In this document: piece by piece, positions 23,501-36,800 of the stretch | How the letters are laid out: the number at the start of each line of letters is the position of its first letter | Position numbering within the stretch: the first letter of the stretch is position 1 | Assembly (NCBI GenBank): GCA_002633005.1 | Contig: NMRA01000383.1 | Coordinates: forward strand, 74,951-138,950 | Direction: 5' to 3' | DNA: 64,000 bases | DNA from: Phoronis australis | Lineage: Eukaryota > Animalia > Phoronida | Position numbers and translations under genes: made by a program | Notes under the pieces: generated by a model | The model's database searches: none | Seen by the model: only the letters and a program-made list of their open reading frames with translations | What the model was told of the DNA's origin: nothing

Positions 23501-24036
23501 TATTAAATAAGGACTGGCAGCCAACCCCAATAAACTGAAGCATTTTTCAAAAAAAGTTTGATGCTTACGTGTTCTTGTTGGTAATGGAAATTACCGATTC
23601 AAAATTTTCTTGATAAATGAAAAGGTTTGCACCGAATTATTACTGCTGTTTAATGATGTTTCAGTATTTTTGCTGGCAATATCATGGCACCAAATCCAAT
23701 TTTTTTGAAAAATTCTTTGTTGCACCAATTGAAAGGAAAATTCTCTTTTTGAAGTAAAAGAACATAACAATGAAGAATTGTACTTCTTTCTAGCCAGGTG
23801 GCACCATGTGTACTTATTTCTAGTCACATGTTCTGCTTTTGAAATGAAATAAGATTGTAAACCTGAAGAGAAACTATTTCTAAAATAGCTCATAATTCTG
23901 CCATTATTTTCAGACAGTTATGAAGGTACCAGTGTAATGTCAATAATAATGGGAAATCCTTCAAGAATGTAAACTGAACTGTCAAAAGCTTTTAACTGAG
24001 GCAACTGCAGGTGTTAAAACAAAGTTCCAAATTTCA

Positions 24037-24051
24037 TTTATTTGATTTATT
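24037..24051 (-). terminator. Candidate GSE1 polyadenylation signals (two AATAAA)
   Basis: TTTATT on the + strand at 24037-24042 and 24046-24051, about 670 nt past the stop codon. Confidence 0.55.
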
Positions 24052-24711
24052 TGAAATTTGAACATTACTACCTCTAACAGACATTCAAGTTTTTTTTAAC
24101 TATACTTACATACTTTGACAAATGTCTAATTTTCTACAATTTACACAAAAATATGAAACCATAAATTACGTGTATCATTATTACTAAACACTACCCCAAC
24201 TATGACTTAAGAAACACTTGAGTGTATTTATGCCCACTTGGTAAAGTCTGGTCCTTATCACTTCTGTCCGGAATGTCTGACTTGGAGAGATGGTGGGTAA
24301 AAATGTGTTTCAATCAAAACAACATTAAATGCCTTTGGCATGTCCAGTTTATACCAGTTAAAAATAAATAAATATTAATTTTAGTCTTTATCTCAAGATA
24401 ATCATTTTGCACAATGTCAGTCATCTCACTAAAGGCAAACAAACTATCAAAGCTGACTAAGCATTGGCTAGCGTTCAGTAGCCGTCTTGTGACGAGAAAA
24501 ATGAAGCCAAAATCACGTGCTCTCGATACACTGCAATATCACGAGTAATCTCACAGTCTTGCTTTTCCAGCGAGGTCCTGGAGGTATTGAACTCTACCCT
24601 AGTTTTACTGAATACCATCTAAATCACTGAGAGTTTTTGACATCACAGAACTGGTCTGGACAAGATTGCAATTTAAACATTTTTTACACATTTCAGTTGA
24701 TATCAATTTGG

Positions 24712-24801
24712 TCATCTGAGATGCTTGAAGCAATTTTTCAAATTGTCAATAGCACTTTGATCACGGCTGGCCTCTGCCTGTTGCTTGTTTTGCATCAAGT
24801 C
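24712..24801 (-). CDS. GSE1: GSE1-like terminal exon (DLMQNKQQ...IDNLKNCFKHLR*)
   Basis: Acceptor TTTTCATTTCAG; TGA at 24712-24714; resembles the GSE1 C-terminal LDHLRKCL. Confidence 0.82.
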   Translation of the reverse strand, partial: DLMQNKQQAEASRDQSAIDNLKNCFKHLR

Positions 24802-27800
24802 CTGAAATGAAAAGTCGCATTTAGGAGTGGTGTGCCACAAATTGAAAAAACAAGTACCCATAATGCACTGCAAATGGGCACTACTTAAATCTGCCTTTAA
24901 TCACAAAAACAACTTGTAATTTAGACCGCTTACCATTATAAAAACGTCTAAAATTGTTCTTCACTCTGGAGATGATTACAACTCTTCAGAAGAGCTGACA
25001 ATTCCCTGTTGCTTAAGATCAGGCCGTTCAAGTCTACTTGTCACTACTGACCATTTTAGGTGTCGAGCAGGATCTCGAGGAAAAACGAACTGTAAATTTT
25101 ATACTAACTCAGAAATCATTTTGAATTTGAGTAAGGAACAAGTTGAGATCAGTGAATGGTCAAAAGTTTGCTTCTTGGTTAAAACGTGGGTTTGAAACCA
25201 GGCAAGGTACGACAAGAACAAGTTGAAAGTCTAAGAAAGTGTTCATCAGCAAATGAACAACTTAGATGAAAAAGTACTTATTGAGAAAAACAAAAACAAT
25301 GATGATTCAAACCTGAATTAGACAACACTTTTATGAAGAACTGATTTTTGGTGACTTTCTAACTTAGATGGGAAATAATGTAGTTTTAACAATTGTTGGA
25401 TAATAATGCAAGTTGCAAGAGGTTGCCATAAATGACGTGTGATACATAGTGTACTTACGGCCATACTGAGACTGAGGTTCTGAGTGTGTTGAGCGAGCAA
25501 GCGATGATTATCACTGCTGTAACCATCAACATGACTCCGTAGAAGGTTGTTATCTAATAGAGAAAATTATCATGTTAGAATTAAACATTGAAGACCAGGG
25601 ACCTGTTTTAACAATGATTGTAAGTCCCGTCGAAGCTAGACATTCGTAGGCTGTTAAAGCAAATGCAGTCGTGCATTTTTATATGAGCAAAATGTTGCTA
25701 TTGGCATTAATTTGGTGAATTGATATTCAGATCTGAACATTTGCTTTCACGAGTCGCGTCAAGGAACTGTGCGCAAATTGAAATTGAAGTTGTGACTGAT
25801 CTTACTACCACTGGCAAAAACTGGGGCGAGTTTGATCACATGAAACTTGGATGCACTTGCGATGTGAAATCTCAGCTGAACGTAGGTGACACTTTTGCAG
25901 CCAGCTTACTCCAAAATTCAACATTCCAACATCACAACCTATCATTTCAGTTCACTTACAACACACCGTCAACTTGTACGATCTCATTACACAATAATCC
26001 ACATAAAACATAATACTTGAACACAGTATTATAGATAATTATCTTAAAGGAGAATGCCACCCAAAAAACAACATAATTTGTATAAATTTAGATCGAGTAG
26101 TTCCACTCAATAACAGCAAGTAAAGTTCTTTTACCTGACGGCAGACGGAGGTGTTGAAATTAACCAAAGACGTCAGGAGTTTTTTACTATTTCAACGTAA
26201 CGTAGCCTACAAAGTTCAGTAGGCCAATTTAGCTCTTGAGGAAATCGAAAAAATTATATACCCACTTTCCTCGCACCTTCATAGTTTGCACAAGCAGGAA
26301 CAATTCACCACACTCATTCTGCAGAAGAACCACTGCGTCGTTTCTCACCTCCTCACAGGTTAACACGACACCTCTCAGGGAGGTAAGATCGACCGTATAC
26401 AAGGTGATGGGGAATATAGACCGATTAAGACGGCAAAAAAGACTAATTAAATCGGGTGGCATTCTCCTTTAAGTTCACTTTAAAGTAAAACGGAAAACGT
26501 GAAAAGAGCTCCACATCAAGGAAAATGTGACCACAGACCAAGGTGTCCAATTGAGACATTCTTAGGTTGAAGTTCTCATCAATTGACTGTGCTTTACCCA
26601 CAAAACTAAGAGCAAATTTAGAGCTACCATTCATTCTGTTAGTCCTGCTTAAGTGCCACATAACAGTGTATACTTAAGTGCCACATAACAGTGTATACTT
26701 AAGTGCCACATAACAGTGTATACTTAAGTGCCACATAACAGTGTATACTTCTTATAGATTGTCAGCTTAGTAGTCATACCAAGAATTAGCTGATAGAATA
26801 AATAAGTTCAGCAACAATGACTTAGGTTCCAAAACTTTGTAAAACATTATCCTCTAATTATACAACTACACAAAGTTGTACCTGGCAACTGTCTGTGCAA
26901 CTCAGACATCATTGCATACGGATAGGGTAGGCGGGGTGGCCAGGATTCTGCAATAGAAACGTTACATGTTTAAAATGCCATCAATTCCAATGCGATGATA
27001 ATTGTCGTTGAAATTCGTAGTCTTCACAACAAACATGCCCATCCCCTCAAAGTATAAGAAGTCCATTTGTGTATGAGAATATGATACAATGTATTCTGAC
27101 TACAATGAAAGTTTTTCAAAGACAGCACTGCATGTAGCTTTAAGACATGTGCCTGGAAGTAAAAACGTCGTACCTCAAAATAATACTCCGTCTTTTTATG
27201 ACAAGTTTCATAGTGTTAAATTGAACATCCTATATTAAGTAGTTAGGGAGAGCAGCTTGTCAACCTACCATCCACACGCCTCTGGTAGGCTTCCATTAAT
27301 ACTTCAATGCCTGGCCACTTGAACACAGCTGAGTTATCATAGCGTGGTGACGGTTGCGCTGTACTTCCTGGGTGGTCTGAGGCACTGCGCGCATGGAACG
27401 GGTGATGAAGAGGATGAGGTAGAGATGATGATGACGATGAAGCCGATAATGACGATGATGATGGCTCGTTGGTACTTTTTGAAGCTGATAAAGTACGCCC
27501 CCTGGCAGAGTGATTGGAAGGCTCACTACTGGAGACCCTGCGATGAGATTCTGGTGATTTCAACAACTCCTCAGACCTCTTGTCTGTACCTGAAGAAGAT
27601 GACAGAATATTAGTACAACCTCAATATTTAAATACGCAGCAACCTTATAATTATAGCAGTTCTGTTAGTAATCAAAGCAGAATGTGATAAATTTAGTTAG
27701 ACATTATAGCATTAGTCACTTACATGGGTCCTGGATTTTGAGAACCAGTTCGTTTCTCGTTATTCGGTAGAGAAAACTGAATCTCAAAATACCCTGAAAG

Positions 27801-30800
27801 GGACTTTTATCAACATTACAGAGCATTCTGAACATTTAACGGGTATTTTGGTCATTTGCCTTTGTGCGAAGTATTCTCCTCGAACCTTGACAGATTTAAC
27901 TGTACACGTTGGATGAAATACAAACTGTTGCATCTCACTATGACCAGAACCTCTTTATCAGTGTCTTATAGTAACGGCAAACAGCACCAATAAGAAGGCT
28001 AACTAAACATTCAGACTAATTGTACCTAGAAGATGACAATCGTATAGTTTCATTTAAGTTCAAAGTAAGTCATGCAGTTTTGATCAAAAACTTCTAGAAA
28101 ATGTCAGGCTCACTTGTCAAACACAAACACTTTACATAACTTTATTTGACTGAACATCACTTGCTCCATAAGAATACTCAGCATTATCAAGATCATCCAA
28201 CAACTATGGGAGAACACAGGGGCCACGTTAAAAATACTTTCTACCAGAGCAGATCACCTTACCAGATTTTGAAGCCATTTCCTGCTGTTGGCGCGTTGTT
28301 TGTAACACCGACTGGTGGAACTCTTGAGCAAAGTCACGTGACAACTGTGTATGGTGCCTGTCACGTGACTCCGGGAAGATGATGGCACGGTTTGATGGTG
28401 CCGACTTTGTACCGCCACCACCACCACCACCACCACCCCGCTGTGCCGCCAGTTGGCCAAGTGTTATTCGACTCGATGTCGATGTATCCTCAGTAGAGTT
28501 CCGTTTTGGTGGCACTTCGTTGGTACTCTGGCTTTCATTTTTACGCTTCACAGCAGTAGAGTTTTTAGTGGGGACAATGAGATGCGCATTGCACTGCCGG
28601 TCTTTGGCAGGAATGGTCAGGCGGCGTTCTCGCTCCTCATCACACAATTGACGTACGTGTTTTAACCCTGAAAGTGGACATATCAATGTGTTTTAACCCT
28701 GAAAGTGGACATATCAATGTGTTTTAACCCTGAAAGTGGACATATCAATGTGTTTTAACCCTGGAAGTGGACATATCAATGTGTTTTAACCCTGGAAGTG
28801 GACATATCAATGTGTTTTAACCCTGAAAGTGGACATATCAATGTGTTTTAACCCTGAAAGTGGACATATCAATGTGTTTTAACCCTGAAAGTGGACNCAT
28901 ATCAACGTGTTTTAGCCCTCAAAATGACCATATCAAAGTGTTTTAACCCTCGAAATGACCATACCAATGTGCTGTAACCCTCAAAATGACCATATCAATG
29001 TGTTGTAACCCTCAAAATGACCATATCAATGTGTTTTAACCCTCAAAATGACCATATCAATGTGTTTTAACACTCGAAATGACCATATCTCAAAACGACC
29101 ATATCTCAAAATGACCATATCAACGTGTTTTAGCCCTCAAAATGACCATATCAAAGTGTTTTAACCCTCGAAATGACCATACCAATGTGCTGTAACCCTC
29201 AAAATGACCATATCAATGTGTTGTAACCCTCAAAATGACCATATCAATGTGTTTTAACCCTCAAAATGACCATATCAATGTGTTTTAACACTCGAAATGA
29301 CCATATCTCAAAACGACCATATCTCAAAATGACCATATCAACGTGTTTTAGCCCTCAAAATGACCATATCAATGTGCTGTAACCCTCAAAATGACCATAT
29401 CAATGTGTTGTAACCCTCAAAATGACCATATCAATGTGCTTTAATCCTCAAAATGGCCATATCAGCAATATAACAGAAACCATGAAGCCTCAAACAAGAT
29501 GAGGGTGTTTAACTCAAATGCTTGTCCTAATATCAATGTTTAAAGAATCAAATACTAGATAGCAAGATCATATTCTTGACAATATGGATCCAAGCTTAAA
29601 AGGAGGACTATTTCACTCTCCTTGAGACAAAGAGGTAGCATAGAAAATCACGACACATTAGGGGATGCATTTTGACAGAAGTGGTTGTGTCAGTAATTAA
29701 TTGCATGAAGGTCGTAAGTTTGCTTATGAAGCGTACGAGCAGTTTTCAAAGTTTTGGTTTGAATACATTTTTGATACACTCACCGTATTGCAAACAAGAT
29801 GTCAATCAAAGTGTCACCAGTCATTCAATCAACTGGGTTACTACTTACGTCGCTTCTCGTCAGATGAGGTTAGTTTCAGACTGAACATCTTCAAGAACTT
29901 TGTCTTTTGTCGGTCCTCAGGCATTTTGAGAAGATTATTGCAGTTGTACAACTTGGACAGGTCCTCCAATATGTTTTCATCTGCTTCTGGTTTGTCAACA
30001 GATGGACAGGTGTCCTCACAGTAGATTTTTCGGCGTTTGATGACTTGCTTTAAAAGCTCATCTGCAAGAAATTGACAAGAATACAAAGTAAAATTCATTC
30101 GCATTACGATCTTTATTTTACTCGGACTCCTCGTGCTTTTCGGGTCCAACAATATTATTTGAAGACACAAACAGGCGGAATGCGATTACTAAATATTTAT
30201 CAAAAAGATAAGTGTAATATTATGAAGCATACACCATTTCAATAGTAGATGTAACCTAGCAACCACTTCACTATAAGTATTCAAACATTACAATATGGAC
30301 ATACCAACAAGTACAGGTACATGCCAACAAGTTCAAGTACATGCCAACAAGTTCAGGTACATGCACATATAGACAGCTTCCACAGAACTTTTTCAACAAC
30401 AAAATCAAAACTGGCAAAGAACTAACCGTTGGCCTTTGTGGGTGTCACCACGCCAAATAATTCCAAAAACCTCAGCTTGTTCGCTGAATAGTCTGGCTGT
30501 GACTGAGGTACATTCAAGATGGTCAATAGAGCTTGTGTCCGCCGCTCGTTCACACATGCAAAATCGTCAGCCATATTCTCGCTGCCGTTTGACGAATTAC
30601 TGGGGCGAGATTCTTGTTTCCACTTTTCCTCCAAGTCTAACTTGCTAGTACCTTGAGATTCTAGTTCCATTTTATGACAGTAGGTGTCCCCTAGATGGCT
30701 CCCTTGTATCTGCTGCCCGAGTGAGAACGGACGATAACTGTGGGGCAGTTTACAATCATAATCGTACTGATTATATGCTGCAGATGACGTCGAGCTGGAA

Positions 30801-33800
30801 TGCTTGCGAGCAGCCTCATTTTCAATCAGGCGAGCCTGAATCCCTTCATGTTTGCCCGTACTGTCCTTCGGGGACACGCCATTTTGTAGAAACAATGATC
30901 TACCCTCAGACAGTAATCGTTCATTGATAACTTTACGGTCACAGTTAGACTGACTAGAGACTCCATTGGGAATGTCTTTTTCAAAGGGTCGATAAAACTT
31001 ATGTGCAGGCCTTGGGGGTTCACTTCTCTGCTGGGGTGTCACTTGAGCTGTTTGGGAGGATGGGACTCCTGAAAAATGACCGTCTAAGCCTCGCTCTCGT
31101 CTCTCCAGCTCGAGTCGTCGTTCTCGCTCTCTGGCGAATATACTGTGCTCTCTGGCTATTTGTTCCTGTAACATCTGTTGAAACAAGCACAATTCTTATT
31201 CATTAAATAAGCCTTAAAGCTAACCAAACCAAACACATTTCATAAATCAACACCATTGACTTTGATGTCAGTAAAGCAGCATTGTGTTGAAAAACTGAAT
31301 TTCATCCTGTAAACTAAGACTCATCACCAAAACTTCATCGAATTCGCATGAAACAATGAACAACTCGGCTGCAATAAATTATACTTTTACAACCACTAAA
31401 AATTCTTTTTGAACACAACATTAACAAACCTCTTTATGGTGTGACTCTTTGTCACGAACTCTGGCCTCACTTTCAAATTTCCCAGCAAGGCCGAGCGGTA
31501 AATGTGACATTGCTTGTAGTTTCTCAGATTCTCTTCGAGCCTCTTCCCGAGCTTGTCTATAATATGTAAATAGTGACATTATAGAATACGTTAGGACTAG
31601 CATTTCTAGATTTTGGTCAACTGGTGACTCTAACATCAGCATAATGCACAACACAGAAATTCCATAGATTAGACCAATTACCTCCCCTCGCAAAGTGTTT
31701 ACCCATCAAGCAAAACCATGATTTTGTTCTAACCTCTCTCTGCAACCTTCCTCAAACCCAATGAGCTATATCACATTCCCACCTTTGTACACCTCACCTC
31801 TGCTTCACCCCTATACACTGTTTTTGTCACCTCTGCTTCACCCCTATGCACTGTTTTTGTCACCTCTGCCCCATCCCCTATGCACTGCTTACCATAAACT
31901 CGTGGGTCAATGCCCTGGGCACTTAAATTAGGAAACCGAAAATTGGCAAAAGTCGGGGGTGGGCGAGTACTCGGGCAAGGGCGTTAACCTGCGAGTTTAC
32001 AGTACAACACCTCTGATACACCCCCTATGCACTGCTCATACCACCTCTGCCCACCTCCTATGCACTGCACTCCACCTCTCTGTGTCTCTCCAATTCTTTC
32101 CGCCTGTCCCTCCCCCTATGTCTGCCCCCTGATCACGTCTCCATCTCCACCTCTCTATCCCTCTCCAGTTCTCTCAACGTTTCCCTCCCACAACACCCTA
32201 TCTGCTCCCTGCTCACCTCTCTTTCTCCATCTCTCTATGTCTCTCCAGTTCTCTCTGCCTCTCCCTCTCTCTCTCTTTTTCTCGCTCCATCTCCTGTTTC
32301 CTCTCATCTTCCTTCTCCTTTTCCTTCCGTCTGTGTTCCTCTTCCAACCTCTGTCTGTACACCAATATGTACACCAATATGTAGACCAATATGTAGACCA
32401 ATATGTACACCAATATGTACACCAATATGCAACCAGTCAATTACAGCACCACACTCAACTATCATTCATGAGTCTCTTAACAAGTCAATCACATCTACGC
32501 TGAACATCTCATGTTACACTGAACGCCACTTTGACAGATTGCATTTGTCATCAGAAAAAAGAATTCTTCTTGAATCATATTTTCATATTGATCTTTAGGT
32601 AGCTACTGCAACTTCTCTTAAATCACATAAATTGATGAAGCAAAATGCTGACTGAAGAAATTCCACGCTTAACTATCAAGAGTCTCTTACTGACTACACA
32701 ATGTAACATGAAGAGTGCCCAACTAAAGAAGCTCTGTTACTTGGTAAGGATCATTAAAGACGTATAATGACGCCAGAGCACAACAAAAACATTAACACAA
32801 CATCAACAGCCTTGTGAGGAGACTCCATGACTTGACCACAGATGTTGTGCCAAGCCTTACACTGGTGGAGCTGGGAGACAACTGAGAGTATACATTACGG
32901 AAAACGGGGATGATGGGGATGAAAATAAAGATTTTGTCAGCATCCTTCAATGGCATAAGAGATTTGTACATCTACTGTGACAGACCACACAGTGTGACAT
33001 TATTTTTGAGAGATACTTGTAGACCTAGCATTCAAAGACTGGAGTGACCCTCCTACCTTTCAGCCTCAAGGAGGGGTGGCTTGAAGGTGGGTGACATCAT
33101 TGCCATGTGCTGTTGCAGTAAGTCTGGGGGGTACCTCATGCCTGCAGCCATCATAGGGTGATAGCCACCCACACCAGGCACCAGGCTAGGGTGGGCAAAT
33201 GGTAGGTAGGGCATCTGAAGACTCATCAGGCGATATCGCTCCAGCAACAGTGGGTCATCAAGTCTGTAATGATTAAAACACATGCAAGAGTACAGCAAGG
33301 GAACGTTGCCTTGAGGAGCATTTCATCACAGGTGGCAGCACCGTTCCATCACAAAAGGTTAAACCCTGAAGTGACATTTAACAGCTGGCCCCCTACATTA
33401 AATCCTCTGTGAGAGTTTAGTAACGACTAAGGAAGAACATCACTCACCTAAATGGGGAGTGTACAGCACTAAGAGGGTGTGTCATGTATGGACTGTAGGG
33501 ATAAGCCCCACCCGTTGCCATGGCAGCAGCTGCAGCCGTCGTGGGGTCCATATGAGGGAACGGGGGTGGCAACCCTGCACGGTAGTCTTCCGTGGGTCGG
33601 TATGGCTGAAAGCCATGCAGGTCTTCACGTGCGAGTGACCCGCCAGGGAAGGAGAGAGACGAGTGCGGGGTTAAGCGACGAGATGACAAGGAGCTCTCAG
33701 AGGTGGACGATCTTTCGTCATCGCGATGACCAAGAGCTGAAGATGTCATGCGATAGTCCGGCTTTCCAGACTCGGAGGTGATGATACTTGAGTGAGATCT

Positions 33801-36800
33801 GTCAATGCCCTATAAGACAGTGTTCCCTTAGAACTAATAGGTCTATAATTTCCTTCCGCTTGTATTAAAACAAAGTTTCTGTACACGTGTCCATTCTTTT
33901 AACAAAAAATAACACCATGAATTGCCATCATAAATAAGAAAATGCTATGGCATACATTGGACAAATATGACATCACAAAGCAAATGAGAATGAGAAACTG
34001 AGTTAAGTTTCAAAACCTTGTTTATCAAATTGCAACATCAGTTTTGTTAACAACTCAATACCTAAATAATATTTCAAATCTCAAGTGATATTTGTCATGT
34101 TTGTGTGAAACATAATTTCTGTGTCGTTTATTTCTTAGTAAGTTTAGAAAGATACTGGGAAGCCCACCTAACAAGTTCCTTACTCCTCTACTAAATGAGA
34201 TATGGCAAGTTTAAGAGCAAAGACCCATGTTTCAGATTCTTCAGCAGGGGTACAATTGACATGAGAGATTCTTATAAAAAATTCAAGAAATCTGCTCACT
34301 TTTCTAGAATCCAGGCCCAAGGAAACATGCGCTGGCGTTGGTGCAATTGTAACCACCGGTGGTGAACTCATTGAGCTATTTGACGTGTAGATCAGAGGAG
34401 GTGGGGGTCCGCGTTTGGGAGTCACGGAACGTGGGCTAGTGGTTGAGCTGCCAACATCCGACCCATCATGGGAACTGCCGTCTAAAACAGAGAATACAGC
34501 TCGATAAGAAAAAACATTTGGTAGCAGACTGAAACCCTGTTTGATCCACGACATGACAAATTCAGTTCTCTTATACACAAACTAACTCTCTTGGCAATTA
34601 AACTATAGAGCAGAGTGTCGCTTCGGAAACTGGGAGCAGTAAAACTCGTAAGAATGAGATGAAATCTAAGATTTTATCCCAAGTTAATCACTACATTCAA
34701 GTAGTAGGCCACCAAGTGCACATTGTCAACCATCACAACGCTGCTGTGTGTAAAACACTCACTTCTATTGAGGCAACAACATATTCACATGGAGAGAGTT
34801 ATCACCTATTTGTGAGCTGGAATGACGTAACATTCCAAGGTTCAGTAACAAAGTTGGGCTACGGTGAACATTCTCCAGTCTCAGACACAACATGGCAGAC
34901 AGGTGAAATTTCATTTTGTCAAAGTTCTCAACAAAAATAACTTTTCAGTTTCCGGAAAATTTACTTTGCTGTATGGCATAACTATCACCAAATTGAAGAA
35001 TTTTTACCATAGTGTATATATCAAAGTGAACAGTCTGTGACAGACATATCACATACAGATCAAACAGCACTTGTTCCACTAAAATCTATATCACGATAAT
35101 GATGCAGAACCTTCAAGGTATCATTGAGCAAAACGACACATTACTAAACACAGAATATGAACACTTGAACAAATGCACTAATTTAAAAGACAACTAACTT
35201 GCCAGATTTCTCCAATAATACTTACCTGTATCACAGTTATCACCTCAACATATAAGTTGCAGTTACAGGAACATTAAAGAAACCAGCATATCAGAATAGA
35301 AACTGGCACCTCACACTGCATGACTCCAATTACACCAATTGTTGGCTAAATTCCTGGATCATCTTACAACAACAGATAAAGAGAAAGCCTAACAAATGAT
35401 GTGTTGTGTTATTGTTACTTGGAGAGGCCAGCAATGTCAAACTATTGTTGTACACAGGCAGGGTGGGAGGAGGGCAAGGAGTGATGGCAAAATAATAAAT
35501 AAACCAAGCCTTCTAATGTTATTATATAGGCATACTTAAAAACATTTTTCAGTTTATGCAAAAATCCATGCAAAATTTTTCCTGTTTTATTGGTACATTG
35601 CTATGTATATTATAACCTATCTTGCTTGATGATGGATGGACAAAATGTAATAAGTAATCGTTAGTAAATAAAGTTATTTCTCAGGCAAGTTGAGCACTAA
35701 ATTGAAAAACAAACTGCCAGGGCAAAAACCTACAGTTAATAAACCCCAGACCTACAACTGTAGAATCACATTACTCAATACTTCTGTATTTCCTGTGATC
35801 TAGATTATAATCTTAAGACTATTTCTGAATTCTAAATTAAACACACCCCTATAAACGCTTTGTATCATTGACCCTGTTCTCACATTGAGGGGTCGCTAAC
35901 ATACTTCTGAGCAGATCATCACTCAGCTTTTAAACAAGTTTTAATGACTACAGGAAAAAATATCAGGGCTCTCGTTTTTGAGGCTGGATATTGGTTACAT
36001 TGTCTCTGACTAATATTTAACAATCACGCAAAACTCCCCTGGTCTGGCCCAAAAATTCCCCTAAAGTGGCGACAGTGCTGGGGGTTTCCCCTGACCTAAA
36101 AAATTCCCCTCTTATAAGGTACAAACACCTTTCTCCTCAGGTGAACAAGAAGCCTAAATAGTGATTAGCACAGCACTAGAATACAGCTCTGGGATGAGAG
36201 GAAGCATTGTGGGTAATACTGTTGAATCTGAGAGGGCACCACTATATCCTGAGGAGTGGTTCATGATTTTCTTGTAAAAAAGATTGAAGTATGTCGGTTA
36301 AATCATTCTTGATACTCCAAAGATGTACAAACACATAACAACAAAATCAGACTTAATGGTTAGTGTAGATGAATTCAGTGTTTTGTTTAATGACCTGAAT
36401 GTAGACAGTAAAGGTTGCAACCTCTACAAATATTTTTCTGGCGTAACGACTGACGTATAATTTTTTGCATTTGTTTTTGACTCAGGTTTGTGAAGGCAAA
36501 TTTCAATAAGTAAATTCCAAAGTATGTACTTTTTACACCGTAGAGTCAAGTTTGATATCCTTGGACCAATCGATATGATGTATGTACTAACATGTGGGTG
36601 CATAACTCCCCGATGACAATACCAACCTCCTTCTCCAGCTTGCTTCGCCAGTTTACGAAGAGCAGCAGCGAAGCTTGAGTTGCGTGTGGCGTTCATGGCA
36701 GAGTTGTTGGGTGACACCTGATTTAGAGGCGGGACTGTGGCCGTCGTACGCTGGATCTTGTTGCTGGACTGGTTCAACATGGTCAATGGGGGAGGTTTAG

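Noticed and set aside
28657-29465. CRISPR-like 31-bp periodicity (also the 25-, 34- and 42-bp arrays)
   Set aside because: Units are contiguous with no unique spacers, there are no cas genes, and the context is eukaryotic.
32027-32503. 158-aa hydrophobic plus-strand ORF
   Set aside because: Antisense shadow of the purine-rich GSE1 RE exon plus flanking repeats.
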